From positions 37,018-101,017 of the forward strand of contig JBDKUX010000075.1 in the NCBI GenBank assembly GCA_039679455.1: 64,000 nt of DNA. Reading direction: 5' to 3'. The translations under genes were made by a program, and so were the position numbers. The stretch comes from Smithella sp. (lineage in GTDB: Bacteria; Desulfobacterota; Syntrophia; Syntrophales; Smithellaceae). How positions within the stretch are numbered: the first letter of the stretch is position 1; every line of letters starts with the position of its first letter. This document shows positions 50,701 to 58,653 of the stretch, piece after piece. A model generated the notes under the pieces. The model was given only the letters and a program-made list of their open reading frames with translations, had not been told where the DNA came from and made no database searches.

Positions 50701-51897
50701 GACATTTTCTTCGGGACATCCCCAAAAGAGATTAAAAATCCGATCCCCGAGGAGGCCAATCCCCATTTGCGTGACTTCGTTATGGGACTGCTGCCCTTAT
50801 CGGAAGGATGCGGGCAAAGATTTTCCGATTTACTCAACAGCATGAGTGAGGTTCTTGCTTATTCATCTGCCGGAGACGCCGTACGTAATCAGAATCTCGC
50901 TTTGCTTATCGGCAAACCCTTCGCTCTCGTGCAGGCTTCTCTCAGTCTTGAAGTTGACGGGAGGCCGGCAACCTCTCCGGAAGGTCTGACAGGCGGCATC
51001 GAAAATCTCCGGTTTCCCCTCCATCTGGGTAACCCCAGGAAAGGAAAAGACCTTTGGCTGGGCGATGACGGCCTGGCGGGTTTTTTCCTCGACAATAAAT
51101 ATGATAAATTTCATCCGGTTTTCCGCCTTACGGAGAATGGCGACAGCTACAGCATATACGACGATTCAGGATTGCAGATCTCCATTTCCACCCCCCTGAA
51201 GCTGACCCTTCTGATGGACCCGGCCCGCGGCATCTCTGTCACCAGCGGCATTCTTCCGCGGACAGTATTCCCTTTTCCTTATCACGACCTTGTGGAGACT
51301 ATGGAAAACAAACAGGTGGTATTTTTCAGTGGACCTGTCCTCAATCCGGTAAGTAATGAAGGAATACGAATGCCCCGGCCTTCCGATATATACGGGCAGT
51401 GGTCCTGGACGCATCATCCCGAGGTCATGACATGGGGTGAAGCGGCTATTGGCGATGTTGAGCAGGAACAAAACGTCTTTCCCGATCCCCCGCCCCGCAT
51501 TGTCGAAGGCTGGCTCAAGCTTGTCACTGCCCCCCTCGAGGTGCGGGCCTTTACGGTTACAGGGAAAAATCCGGTGGATAAAACCGGGGAAAAGGCAGAG
51601 CCTTCCACCCCGCCATGTTTCCAGGTATCAGCCGACAAAAATACGATTACTCTGTCGTGGTCTGTTATCGGAGCGGAAAAAATCGAACTGTGGATGAAAA
51701 AGAAGGAGGAAAACATCCGCCTCTTCCAATCACAAAGCCATCCATTGCCCGCTCAATACACAATTAAAGCAGATGGAGATACCCTGTTTACCCTGTTTGC
51801 CTTTGGCCGAAAAGAAGTTTCAGCCGATGAAAAAGAACCGAAGCAAAAAGCAAAATCCATCAGGATAACGATGAAGAAAGCAGGAGACAAACCATGA
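47719..51897 (+). CDS. giant (1392 aa) uncharacterised protein
   Basis: The 4.2-kb ORF has no signal peptide and no catalytic motif found by eye. Its N-terminal region carries 'GVHLHWALPDGLTHG' and 'IPNRWLVLRFW'. It also has a central coiled-coil stretch and a C-terminal beta-sandwich-like module ('ITLSWSVIGAEKIELW'). Confidence 0.7.
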   Translation: MTMSDPHLLVPINIEALVVGKSTTTKWVNLKPDFTKISGKQVLGRQIEKPAFTEPESGLHKPGVHLHWALPDGLTHGTAKEGSDVPDFPLIPNRWLVLRFWDQSESDKPNLISRAWIIESDTITNDTNANLLPILHSEKLKQPPQKPEDYAVFVGNVYELKNWPGESNEPQVEITAIGYGDPAFAAYYPACKGILGFHDHYIDDIRENTELTYMVVGWYSKPSLDPLWKALHPPEDPMKKSDDQFTSLAGFLEKARWTYPDFQSLQEKQEKAKDSNTDITGLANQIPTAILCHGLLEGAKWNRHARNGVPLGRAFDIAIADTAVDALTALLAKESGKESNDDPLAKLLSIFQYDLIAELEKPGGDSLVEAKIHERSFRPLARGIRWDLLQDDYSVTDSTSERSSPPIPGDIRLLLEKLNALQREINCKKRDREFLQSEIYAAWYKKVLNVGQQHITEELSTKITRLRVEVCEHTNKIDMLENTSATRQNEIEKNLETFLPGWKLKQFDEPEFRQPNDPVVLLNGDAFRWSSRHGEDDRFRKDGRLLCRLSGKEITCIKVKIPETEQEVAFTPNDIDAKQETDDDDYWRKPFDVIKGVPADFHQEIVNLLGEALLLTLDSKRAQHIITRVYKTIDPDNDHSDEAGKWAGYLLNDYLKRLWENASNPESEIHLAGTCTDEDTKEVLKLELVGQFPSPVTKNTWAGNPWLPLFLQWQVGWVPDSTDTQNALQKWELNPKLNDHVFVWKGREPEDDKGKVTYTGTSILTPGVGLHLSERLHQYNLLHENQPLRTLQTAINSKNVLCQSLGGFTDQLLMRRNHLELRPFDLEQGKDDSQFSSIYETVKDIDWLSPMTEGTFLPLRAGRLKLEKLWIIDTFGQFLQLEGQDPVYGLKTISPQSLTAADNTVRLQPRLAQPARLSMQWIPAEDKVYKDEDFNPVCGWILPNFLDKSLMIYDAGGYALGALQVVQKKSWSKGAGGVHEELESFHWIDIPGSRDIFFGTSPKEIKNPIPEEANPHLRDFVMGLLPLSEGCGQRFSDLLNSMSEVLAYSSAGDAVRNQNLALLIGKPFALVQASLSLEVDGRPATSPEGLTGGIENLRFPLHLGNPRKGKDLWLGDDGLAGFFLDNKYDKFHPVFRLTENGDSYSIYDDSGLQISISTPLKLTLLMDPARGISVTSGILPRTVFPFPYHDLVETMENKQVVFFSGPVLNPVSNEGIRMPRPSDIYGQWSWTHHPEVMTWGEAAIGDVEQEQNVFPDPPPRIVEGWLKLVTAPLEVRAFTVTGKNPVDKTGEKAEPSTPPCFQVSADKNTITLSWSVIGAEKIELWMKKKEENIRLFQSQSHPLPAQYTIKADGDTLFTLFAFGRKEVSADEKEPKQKAKSIRITMKKAGDKP

Positions 51898-51946
51898 AAC
51901 AACAGCTATTAAGACCTAAATTCATTTAAAAAGGACCGGAAAAAAA

Positions 51947-53284
51947 ATGAAAACAAGTAATGAAACTTGCACTATTTCTTTCACTTCGGAACCAGTGGCA
52001 GGAACACAGAACTTCCCCGGTGACATCATAACACTGAAATGGCAAATCCCAGAATCATATAATTTTCAGCTGTATCAGGCAGGCAGTAGCGAGCCCCTTC
52101 ACGTCGATTGGCAAAAGGAAAAAGAAAGAAAGATTTCCCTTGGTTCTAGCGACGTAAACTTTCGGCTGGTGGGCTATGACGATAACAATAACCCCGTCGT
52201 CGAGCAAACACTGTCCATCAAGGTCTTGCAACCCGGCTGGTACGACAAAAAAAACACTCTCATTAAATGTGATAGCGGACATCCAGATAAAACTGACAGT
52301 CATTATGACCTCGAACCAACGCTATTGGTGAATGCCGATAACGCAAAGCTCTACGGGCTTTTTCGCTTTAAATTCAAGGGTAGAGAATGGATACTTCTCT
52401 TCGAAACGCAGAACCCGTTTGGAGACTGGATATTTGTGCCAACTTTATTTGACAAGAAGGAAGGCTATCTTCCGGAAGGTATCGCGACCAGTCCCGGCGT
52501 CTACCATGATGACAAAATCTGGCTCATCGGCGGCAGCCAGATCGACCCCGACCAGTGCTCCAATGGGGTATGGTGTTTAGATTGTTTAGATCTGACAACA
52601 GAAGAAAAAGAATGGAAGGATCGCACTCCCACCCCCACTCCCGAATTACCCCACTGGAAAAGCCGAATGGGCCATGCCGTTCTGGTGTTTGATAATAAAA
52701 TCTGGCTTATGGGGGGGCTTGACGAGGCCGGTAATCCGCTTAACGATATATGGACCCTTGATATCAGTAAAGAAGAAAATAAATGGACCCAGTTAGCTGA
52801 AGCGGATTGGGAGCCGCGCTGTTTGTTCAGCACAGCCGTGTTTGAAGGTAAAATCTGGATATACGGCGGCGCAGCGGCGCCTTTCTCTCAAATATTGTAC
52901 AATGATTTATGGTCAGCCACATACGACAGCGAGTCGCACAAGTTGGGGAAATGGAATAAACAAAAAGGGCCAATGCCTGATTCCGCTGCTAAGGCGCCGA
53001 TTGCCTCCTGCATGCAGGAATTCAAAGGAAATCTTTATCTGTTTGTTAATTTCCGCACTCTAGGTGGTGAAACGGACACTGTTGATGCCATGGCGTTTCA
53101 CTTAGATACAAGTACATCCCCCACCTGGAAAACAATCAAAAGTGATGATCTCAAGGATTGGGGTGGAACTACGACGTCAAGTTGCCAGCTGGTAGCTTAT
53201 GGCGATAGAATGCTCATCGCCAGGACATTGAGTTATGAGGCAATTAATACTGTAATGAAAATATATGTGCCGCCACTGAAGTAA
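51947..53284 (+). CDS. Kelch-repeat beta-propeller protein with an N-terminal beta-sandwich-like module
   Basis: It has about six Kelch-type blades ('DDKIWLIGG', 'DNKIWLMGGLDEAGNPLNDIW', 'EGKIWIYGG', 'KGNLYLF', 'GDRMLIA'). It has no signal peptide. Confidence 0.75.
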   Translation: MKTSNETCTISFTSEPVAGTQNFPGDIITLKWQIPESYNFQLYQAGSSEPLHVDWQKEKERKISLGSSDVNFRLVGYDDNNNPVVEQTLSIKVLQPGWYDKKNTLIKCDSGHPDKTDSHYDLEPTLLVNADNAKLYGLFRFKFKGREWILLFETQNPFGDWIFVPTLFDKKEGYLPEGIATSPGVYHDDKIWLIGGSQIDPDQCSNGVWCLDCLDLTTEEKEWKDRTPTPTPELPHWKSRMGHAVLVFDNKIWLMGGLDEAGNPLNDIWTLDISKEENKWTQLAEADWEPRCLFSTAVFEGKIWIYGGAAAPFSQILYNDLWSATYDSESHKLGKWNKQKGPMPDSAAKAPIASCMQEFKGNLYLFVNFRTLGGETDTVDAMAFHLDTSTSPTWKTIKSDDLKDWGGTTTSSCQLVAYGDRMLIARTLSYEAINTVMKIYVPPLK

Positions 53285-53312
53285 TGATTAAAAAAATTTA
53301 CAGGAGCAAACA

Positions 53313-55472
53313 ATGAAAACAAAACTGTGGATTTTCCTGCTTTTGATTCTTCTTTGTCAGTTCATGGCATCTTCCGTCTACGCGCAGGGCGAACAGCAAG
53401 TGACCATGACGCTGTTACCCGTCAATGAAAAATCCGACCCGCCGGATACCAATAAACCAAGTTTACTCTGGATTCAAGCCAACCCATCCAAGGATGTATT
53501 CCTGCAATTCGATTTGAGCGGGCTGCCTTCGGGGCTTGAAGAATCTGATTTTGTGCGGTGTACCTTAAGAATTGCAGCGAAGGACATCCAATATACATCC
53601 AATAATTCCAAACTGGTCTCCATAACCGGGCAAATCGCCAACAACGATTTGACGCCGGTCAAACCGGGAAAAGGAGAGCCGACCGTTAAGGAAATTGTTG
53701 CACTCTCCACACTTAATGCCAACGATCCGAAGAAAAACAAGGCAGCGCTCAACCTCAAAACCGATAGTGATCTCCGCCATGAAATCTTTAGCAAATATTC
53801 CAAAACCGGGGATAAAAAGATTTCCCTGCGTCTCCATACCGCCTCTTACAAGGCAAGCAGCCTGTTTTATTCCAGTAAAGAATACGGCAGCGATCCGTCG
53901 AATATCCCCCGTCTGGTTGTTGAGTACAAACAAAAACCGCAGGATTTGCTTGCATCCATGAGTTGGCGGCAGCATCAACAAAACCCGGAGCACACGGGGC
54001 ATCAACCGTGGAGACCTTTTCGCAGTCCGGCTAAATTCTGCCTTAAAACAATCCCCCTTCCACAATTCAAGGGCCATGTTGCCGACTATCCATTGATCTA
54101 CCGGGGAAACCTTTATGTAGTCGACACATCTGATAATGAAAACTATTTATTCAGTTTCGAATTTACGGGAAAGGAACGTTGGCGATGCAGCATCGACAAG
54201 GGGACCATCCAGCGTTCGCCGGCAATCAGTTCAGATGGAATTGTTTACATTGTGATAGAAAGTCAGGGTGCAAATCATATTGCCGCCTACGATCTTAAGC
54301 AATCAGGAAAGGCTTTATACAAATATAATCTTGATACTCTTGATAAACTTGAGGGGAAAAGCAAGCTTGCCAATTATACCGATCTTACCATCGGAAATGA
54401 CGGCAGCATCTTTCTGGCGCTGAACAAAAGCGATCTGAATTATATTTACGGCTTTACACCTGATCTTCAACCAATCTTAATGGCTGGCCCATTTCCGGGA
54501 GATAATAATAAAAACATTAGTACGATCACCGTTAGCCATGATGGAAAGAAAATCTTTGCCCAGATTCCCGCCGTAGACGAGGTTCCCGCCGGGGCTGTGG
54601 TCATTGATGTTGCCAACCCGTCAGAACAACAAACAATTGACATTCATAAAAAGCTGGTTAATTCAACGGGGACTCGCATGCCATTCGAATACTATCATGT
54701 GCCCATAGCTGGTCCTGCCGGCAACGTGATGATTTTCTCCGATTTCTCCAAAACGGAATATAAAAGCAACGTCTGGGGATACTCGCCCCCTAATAAATTC
54801 ATCTGGAACTCCGCCTCTGATAAGACCCTGGTCTCCCAGTCTGTTCTCGCTTCCAATGAATTTGTCTATTACATCCAGAATGGTCAACTGCAGCGCCATA
54901 AATATAATAATATAGGGAAGGTTGAAACCTACGGGGATGCTTTAAACACCACCAGCAATCTCGTCATTGATGGAGCTGATAATATTTATTTTTGGGACAA
55001 TGGACGCCTTCATGGTTACAGTCCTGGCGGCGCAAGTATGTTCAATGACGGCATCGCCATTAACGCAAAAGAAAGCAAATGCGATAATAAAAGCTACGGA
55101 GAGATTAAGGAACGCAGCGAGGATGATAAGGGCGAAGCAACCAAAGGACTCGAGCCGTCTATCCGCCTGATGATGGGGCCGGATGGTACAATATGGGCCA
55201 ACAACAAGGATGGTCACGAGCTTTTTGTGTTCAATCCGCTCTATCCGTTCTATGTTGCTTATGATGTGGGCAACCTGACGCTGGAGCAGAAAGATATCAA
55301 ATCCCAAACGGTTTACCGCTCAACAGGGAAACTGTCGGTCGGCAATGGAAAGGATAAAATTAATGTTGAAAAAGGCATGCAGCTATTGTTTCAGGCTCAG
55401 AAAGGAGTCGGCTTTGCCAAAGGCTTCAGTGTAGAGAAAGGCGCAAGCATACTTGTCCGAACCGGATTTTGA
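53313..55472 (+). CDS. secreted protein: N-terminal carbohydrate-binding-like module plus PQQ/BamB-like beta-propeller repeats
   Basis: The signal peptide is 'MKTKLWIFLLLILLCQFMASSVYAQG' and the RBS is AGGAG. Propeller-type repeats recur ('GNLYVVD', 'DGIVYIV', 'DGSIFLAL', 'DNIYFWDNGRLHGY', 'DGTIWANN'). Confidence 0.65.
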   Translation: MKTKLWIFLLLILLCQFMASSVYAQGEQQVTMTLLPVNEKSDPPDTNKPSLLWIQANPSKDVFLQFDLSGLPSGLEESDFVRCTLRIAAKDIQYTSNNSKLVSITGQIANNDLTPVKPGKGEPTVKEIVALSTLNANDPKKNKAALNLKTDSDLRHEIFSKYSKTGDKKISLRLHTASYKASSLFYSSKEYGSDPSNIPRLVVEYKQKPQDLLASMSWRQHQQNPEHTGHQPWRPFRSPAKFCLKTIPLPQFKGHVADYPLIYRGNLYVVDTSDNENYLFSFEFTGKERWRCSIDKGTIQRSPAISSDGIVYIVIESQGANHIAAYDLKQSGKALYKYNLDTLDKLEGKSKLANYTDLTIGNDGSIFLALNKSDLNYIYGFTPDLQPILMAGPFPGDNNKNISTITVSHDGKKIFAQIPAVDEVPAGAVVIDVANPSEQQTIDIHKKLVNSTGTRMPFEYYHVPIAGPAGNVMIFSDFSKTEYKSNVWGYSPPNKFIWNSASDKTLVSQSVLASNEFVYYIQNGQLQRHKYNNIGKVETYGDALNTTSNLVIDGADNIYFWDNGRLHGYSPGGASMFNDGIAINAKESKCDNKSYGEIKERSEDDKGEATKGLEPSIRLMMGPDGTIWANNKDGHELFVFNPLYPFYVAYDVGNLTLEQKDIKSQTVYRSTGKLSVGNGKDKINVEKGMQLLFQAQKGVGFAKGFSVEKGASILVRTGF

Positions 55473-55494
55473 ACAAAAAAGAAAGGAATTTGTA

Positions 55495-56406
55495 ATGTTA
55501 CAACAGCATAAAGATCACGCGGAAATGGGGACACGACTCTACGAGCTTCGCAAAGGTATAGAGATTCTGGAAGACGAGCGGAAAAAATCAAAAGCAAACA
55601 ACTTCTCCGGCGCCCGCCGTTGGTTTCGAGGAAGATTTATACTCACAATTTTCATTCTTTGGGGATTTCTCGGCATGGGCAGCCTGCTTTATGGTGAAGA
55701 CACGACTACTGATGCGTTGTTCGTCGACGACAAAGGTAATGTAGGCATCGGGAAAAGCGCACCTGAAGCAAAGCTGGATGTCGCAGGCACAGTCAAAGCA
55801 GACGAATTCACGACAACTAATGGAATAAATCTACAGATTCCCATCGGAACAATAATGGCCTATGGAGGCGACACAACCAATACCACTATTAAAAAACAGT
55901 TGGAAGAAAGAGGATGGCTGCCCTGCAATGGTGATTTTGTTTCAATCAATCAATACAAAGAGCTGCATGATGTAATCGGTAACGCCTTCGGTGGTGACGA
56001 AAAGAATAATTCATTTAATCTTCCCGATATGCGCGGACGCTTTCTTCGGGGCGTTGCTCAGAATGTTGATGATAGCGTTAGGAATGATAAGAACACAAAA
56101 GATGAAGATAAACTGGCCAAAATGAGAGACCCGGATGCTGAATTTCGTCAGCAATCAGCAGCAAGCGGAAATAAAGGCAATAAAGTCGGTTCTGTTCAGG
56201 ATGATGCAATTGGTCAACACAAACACAAATATGATACGAATATCCGGACATGGGATGAACGGGCTGGATTTAATGGTAAATTCTTATATGGAGATGGGGA
56301 GACCGCTGCTCTTCATCATGATACAACCGGTAATAATGTTCCCCCTGGTGGCAATGAAACCCGCCCGAAGAACATCTATGTCAACTGGATCATCAAGGCG
56401 AAATAA
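55495..56406 (+). CDS. membrane-anchored phage tail-collar-domain protein (MdpB-like), paralog 1
   Basis: I chose the ATG at 55495 (MLQQHKDHAE...). The protein has an N-terminal coiled coil, one TM ('FILTIFILWGFLGMGSLL') and the fibre-like motif 'ALFVDDKGNVGIGKSAPEAKLDVAGTVKA'. The tail-collar signature is 'GWLPCNG...FNLPDMRGRFLRG'. Confidence 0.75.
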   Translation: MLQQHKDHAEMGTRLYELRKGIEILEDERKKSKANNFSGARRWFRGRFILTIFILWGFLGMGSLLYGEDTTTDALFVDDKGNVGIGKSAPEAKLDVAGTVKADEFTTTNGINLQIPIGTIMAYGGDTTNTTIKKQLEERGWLPCNGDFVSINQYKELHDVIGNAFGGDEKNNSFNLPDMRGRFLRGVAQNVDDSVRNDKNTKDEDKLAKMRDPDAEFRQQSAASGNKGNKVGSVQDDAIGQHKHKYDTNIRTWDERAGFNGKFLYGDGETAALHHDTTGNNVPPGGNETRPKNIYVNWIIKAK

Positions 56407-56560
56407 ATACCTCCACGCAAACCTAGAGATCCGTGGTTGTGAGGGGGCGGCAACTTTTTATCCGGTAAACGTAAGGCTATTGAACAAAACAGAATATCGA
56501 GGTTGTTTATACGGCAGATTACATTGTGAATGACAATCCAAAGAAAGGAAACATATTCCC

Positions 56561-57814
56561 ATGATAAGACGCCAGCAATCATTTCCAGGAAAATTTCTAA
56601 TTGTCGCGATCACTTCCCTGTTACTTCTGAGTATGAGCAGCCTGCTTAATGCTCAAGGTGCAACCGATGCGTTATTCATCGACAAGAACGGCAATGTCGG
56701 CATCGGGACGGATAAACCGGAGGCAGCACTCGATGTAAATGGAACGGTAAAAGCAAAGGAATTTAAGGGTGACGCCACGTCCCTGATCTTTGATGTCAAC
56801 GGTAACATCATCACGGGCGACCTTGCCATTAACAGCACAGGGGCTGTTACATTACCTGCAGGTACTACCGCGCAACGTCAAGCATCTCCAAAAGACGGCG
56901 CACTGCGATACAACACCACAGCAAAAATGGTTGAGGTTTTTTTTGAAGGAACGTGGTTTGCAATCGAAACAACACCACGCCTTAGCGACAATGTCATGTC
57001 CTTTAACTATAAAGATCCGGGTGTTGATCAGAAGTTTATTGTTCCCGAAGGTGTAACGAAAATATTTGTTAAGATATGGGGTGCAGGCGGAGCAGGCGGT
57101 ACACGGGGTGGTTGGGTATATGGTTCGGATGGAGGCGGTGGTGGTTTTTCACGCGGCGTTTTGACAGTCACTCCCGGCGAAACACTGACAGTCGTTGTCG
57201 GCAGGGGTGGCGAGGTGCATCAAGTCGGTATTGGTTATGCAGGCGGTGGAGCTGCAACCGCTAATAATAAGGACAACAGGTATTGCGGTGGTGGCGGCGG
57301 CAGATCGGCTGTCACTCGTGAAAAGGAAGAACTGATCGTTGCCGGAGGCGGCGGTGGCGGTGGATCAACACGGTCATGGCTATTCTGGGGTAAAGGTAAT
57401 TCAGGCGGTGCAGGCGGTGGTGTTACCGGCGAGAATGGATATTCGCAGTATGATGAAAAGCATTCTTATGGCGGCAGAGGAGGAGAACAAAATTCTGCAG
57501 GTGCCGGTGGTGAAGGCAATGGAGGGCCTGGTAACGGGTCTGACGGGGGCACCATCAAAGTCAACTCCTATGGCGGCGGTGGTGGCGGCGGCTGGAAGGG
57601 AGGCGGTTCCGGGGCGTATAGCGAACAAAACACGATGGGTGGCGGTGGCGGCGGCGCTGGTCATATAAGTGAAAAAGCTATATTTGCAAGCACTTTAACA
57701 GGAACAAAAAGACAATGTCCGATGCAAACTGATCCTGATTATCAGCCGGGTGTTGGTATTGGAGGCCAGGACAACCAAAAGGGAGGCAACGGATTTGTCG
57801 TTATCCGGTGGTAA
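56561..57814 (+). CDS. secreted glycine-rich-domain protein (Gly_rich/ALK-GRD-like)
   Basis: The leader is 'FLIVAITSLLLLSMSSLLNAQG', followed by the shared motif 'ALFIDKNGNVGIGTDKPEAALDVNGTVKAKEF'. Next come 'QKFIVPEGVTKIFVKIWGAGGAGG...GETLTVVVGRGG', several poly-Gly runs (G5-G7) and the terminal 'GGNGFVVIRW'. Confidence 0.7.
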   Translation: MIRRQQSFPGKFLIVAITSLLLLSMSSLLNAQGATDALFIDKNGNVGIGTDKPEAALDVNGTVKAKEFKGDATSLIFDVNGNIITGDLAINSTGAVTLPAGTTAQRQASPKDGALRYNTTAKMVEVFFEGTWFAIETTPRLSDNVMSFNYKDPGVDQKFIVPEGVTKIFVKIWGAGGAGGTRGGWVYGSDGGGGGFSRGVLTVTPGETLTVVVGRGGEVHQVGIGYAGGGAATANNKDNRYCGGGGGRSAVTREKEELIVAGGGGGGGSTRSWLFWGKGNSGGAGGGVTGENGYSQYDEKHSYGGRGGEQNSAGAGGEGNGGPGNGSDGGTIKVNSYGGGGGGGWKGGGSGAYSEQNTMGGGGGGAGHISEKAIFASTLTGTKRQCPMQTDPDYQPGVGIGGQDNQKGGNGFVVIRW

Positions 57815-57849
57815 TTGACAGGGGGACCTTCAAAGGAGGTATATTATCT

Positions 57850-58653
57850 GTGACGGAACAACAGCATAAAGACTGCGCCGGGATTGGAGTACAACTTGCG
57901 GAATTGCGCAGCAGGTTGCAGAGACTGGAAGCTGAACGGGATAAATTAAAAGGCGGCATCGTCTTCAGCGCGTGTCAATGGTTTCGTGAGAAACTTATAA
58001 TTATAATTATTGTTCTTCTGGTATTTCCGGCAACCGGTAGCCTGCTCTATAGTCAAGAAGACAGTGCGTTGCTTATCGATGCTAAAGGCAATGTTGGCAT
58101 AGGGAAAACTGATCCCCAGGCGAAGCTGGACGTCGCCGGCGCCATCACGGGAATCGGAATGGTTCCACCCGGGGCAATTGTAATGTTTTACGGAGATATC
58201 AAAAACTCTTTCGATGAGGAAGGTAAAGGTCGCAAGATGACCGCTTACGAGGGTTGGCAACTGTGTAACGGGAAAAATAATTCACCCGACCTTCGTGACA
58301 GATTCGTTGCCGCAGCCGGAAATGTTTACAAAATGGGAGAAACAGGCGGGTTGGATAGTGTCAGCCTTACCGCAAATCAAATGCCTTCTCATAGTCATGG
58401 TGGCATAATCGAAGGCACCACAGGACCTTCTCAAACGTTGATGCCGATAGTAATAGGAAATGTAGCAAGACAAGCAGGGCTCGTCACAGCAACGACACCT
58501 GCAAGCGGCCCTAATATGACACCCTCTCCCCCCCACAATCACCAGATATCCATAGAGATAAAATCCGACGGCAAGGGAGAACAACATGAAAACAGACCTC
58601 CCTTTTTCGTACTGGCATTTATTATGAGACTCCCAACATCTATAAATCCATAG
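57850..58653 (+). CDS. membrane-anchored phage tail-collar-domain protein, paralog 2
   Basis: I chose the GTG at 57850 because AAGGAGG lies 10 nt upstream and the N-terminus (V)TEQQHKDCAG parallels paralog 1's MLQQHKDHAE. It has a TM ('LIIIIIVLLVFPATGSLL'), 'ALLIDAKGNVGIGKTDPQAKLDVAG' and the collar motif 'GWQLCNGKNNSPDLRDRFV'. Confidence 0.7.
   Translation: MTEQQHKDCAGIGVQLAELRSRLQRLEAERDKLKGGIVFSACQWFREKLIIIIIVLLVFPATGSLLYSQEDSALLIDAKGNVGIGKTDPQAKLDVAGAITGIGMVPPGAIVMFYGDIKNSFDEEGKGRKMTAYEGWQLCNGKNNSPDLRDRFVAAAGNVYKMGETGGLDSVSLTANQMPSHSHGGIIEGTTGPSQTLMPIVIGNVARQAGLVTATTPASGPNMTPSPPHNHQISIEIKSDGKGEQHENRPPFFVLAFIMRLPTSINP

Noticed and set aside
57076-57668. Alternative-frame ORFs lie inside the glycine-rich gene (62 aa Arg/Trp-rich, 109 aa, 87 aa Ala-rich).
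   Set aside because: These are frame artefacts of (GGN)n repeat DNA. Only the Gly frame has a signal peptide, shares a motif with neighbouring paralogs and is of full length.
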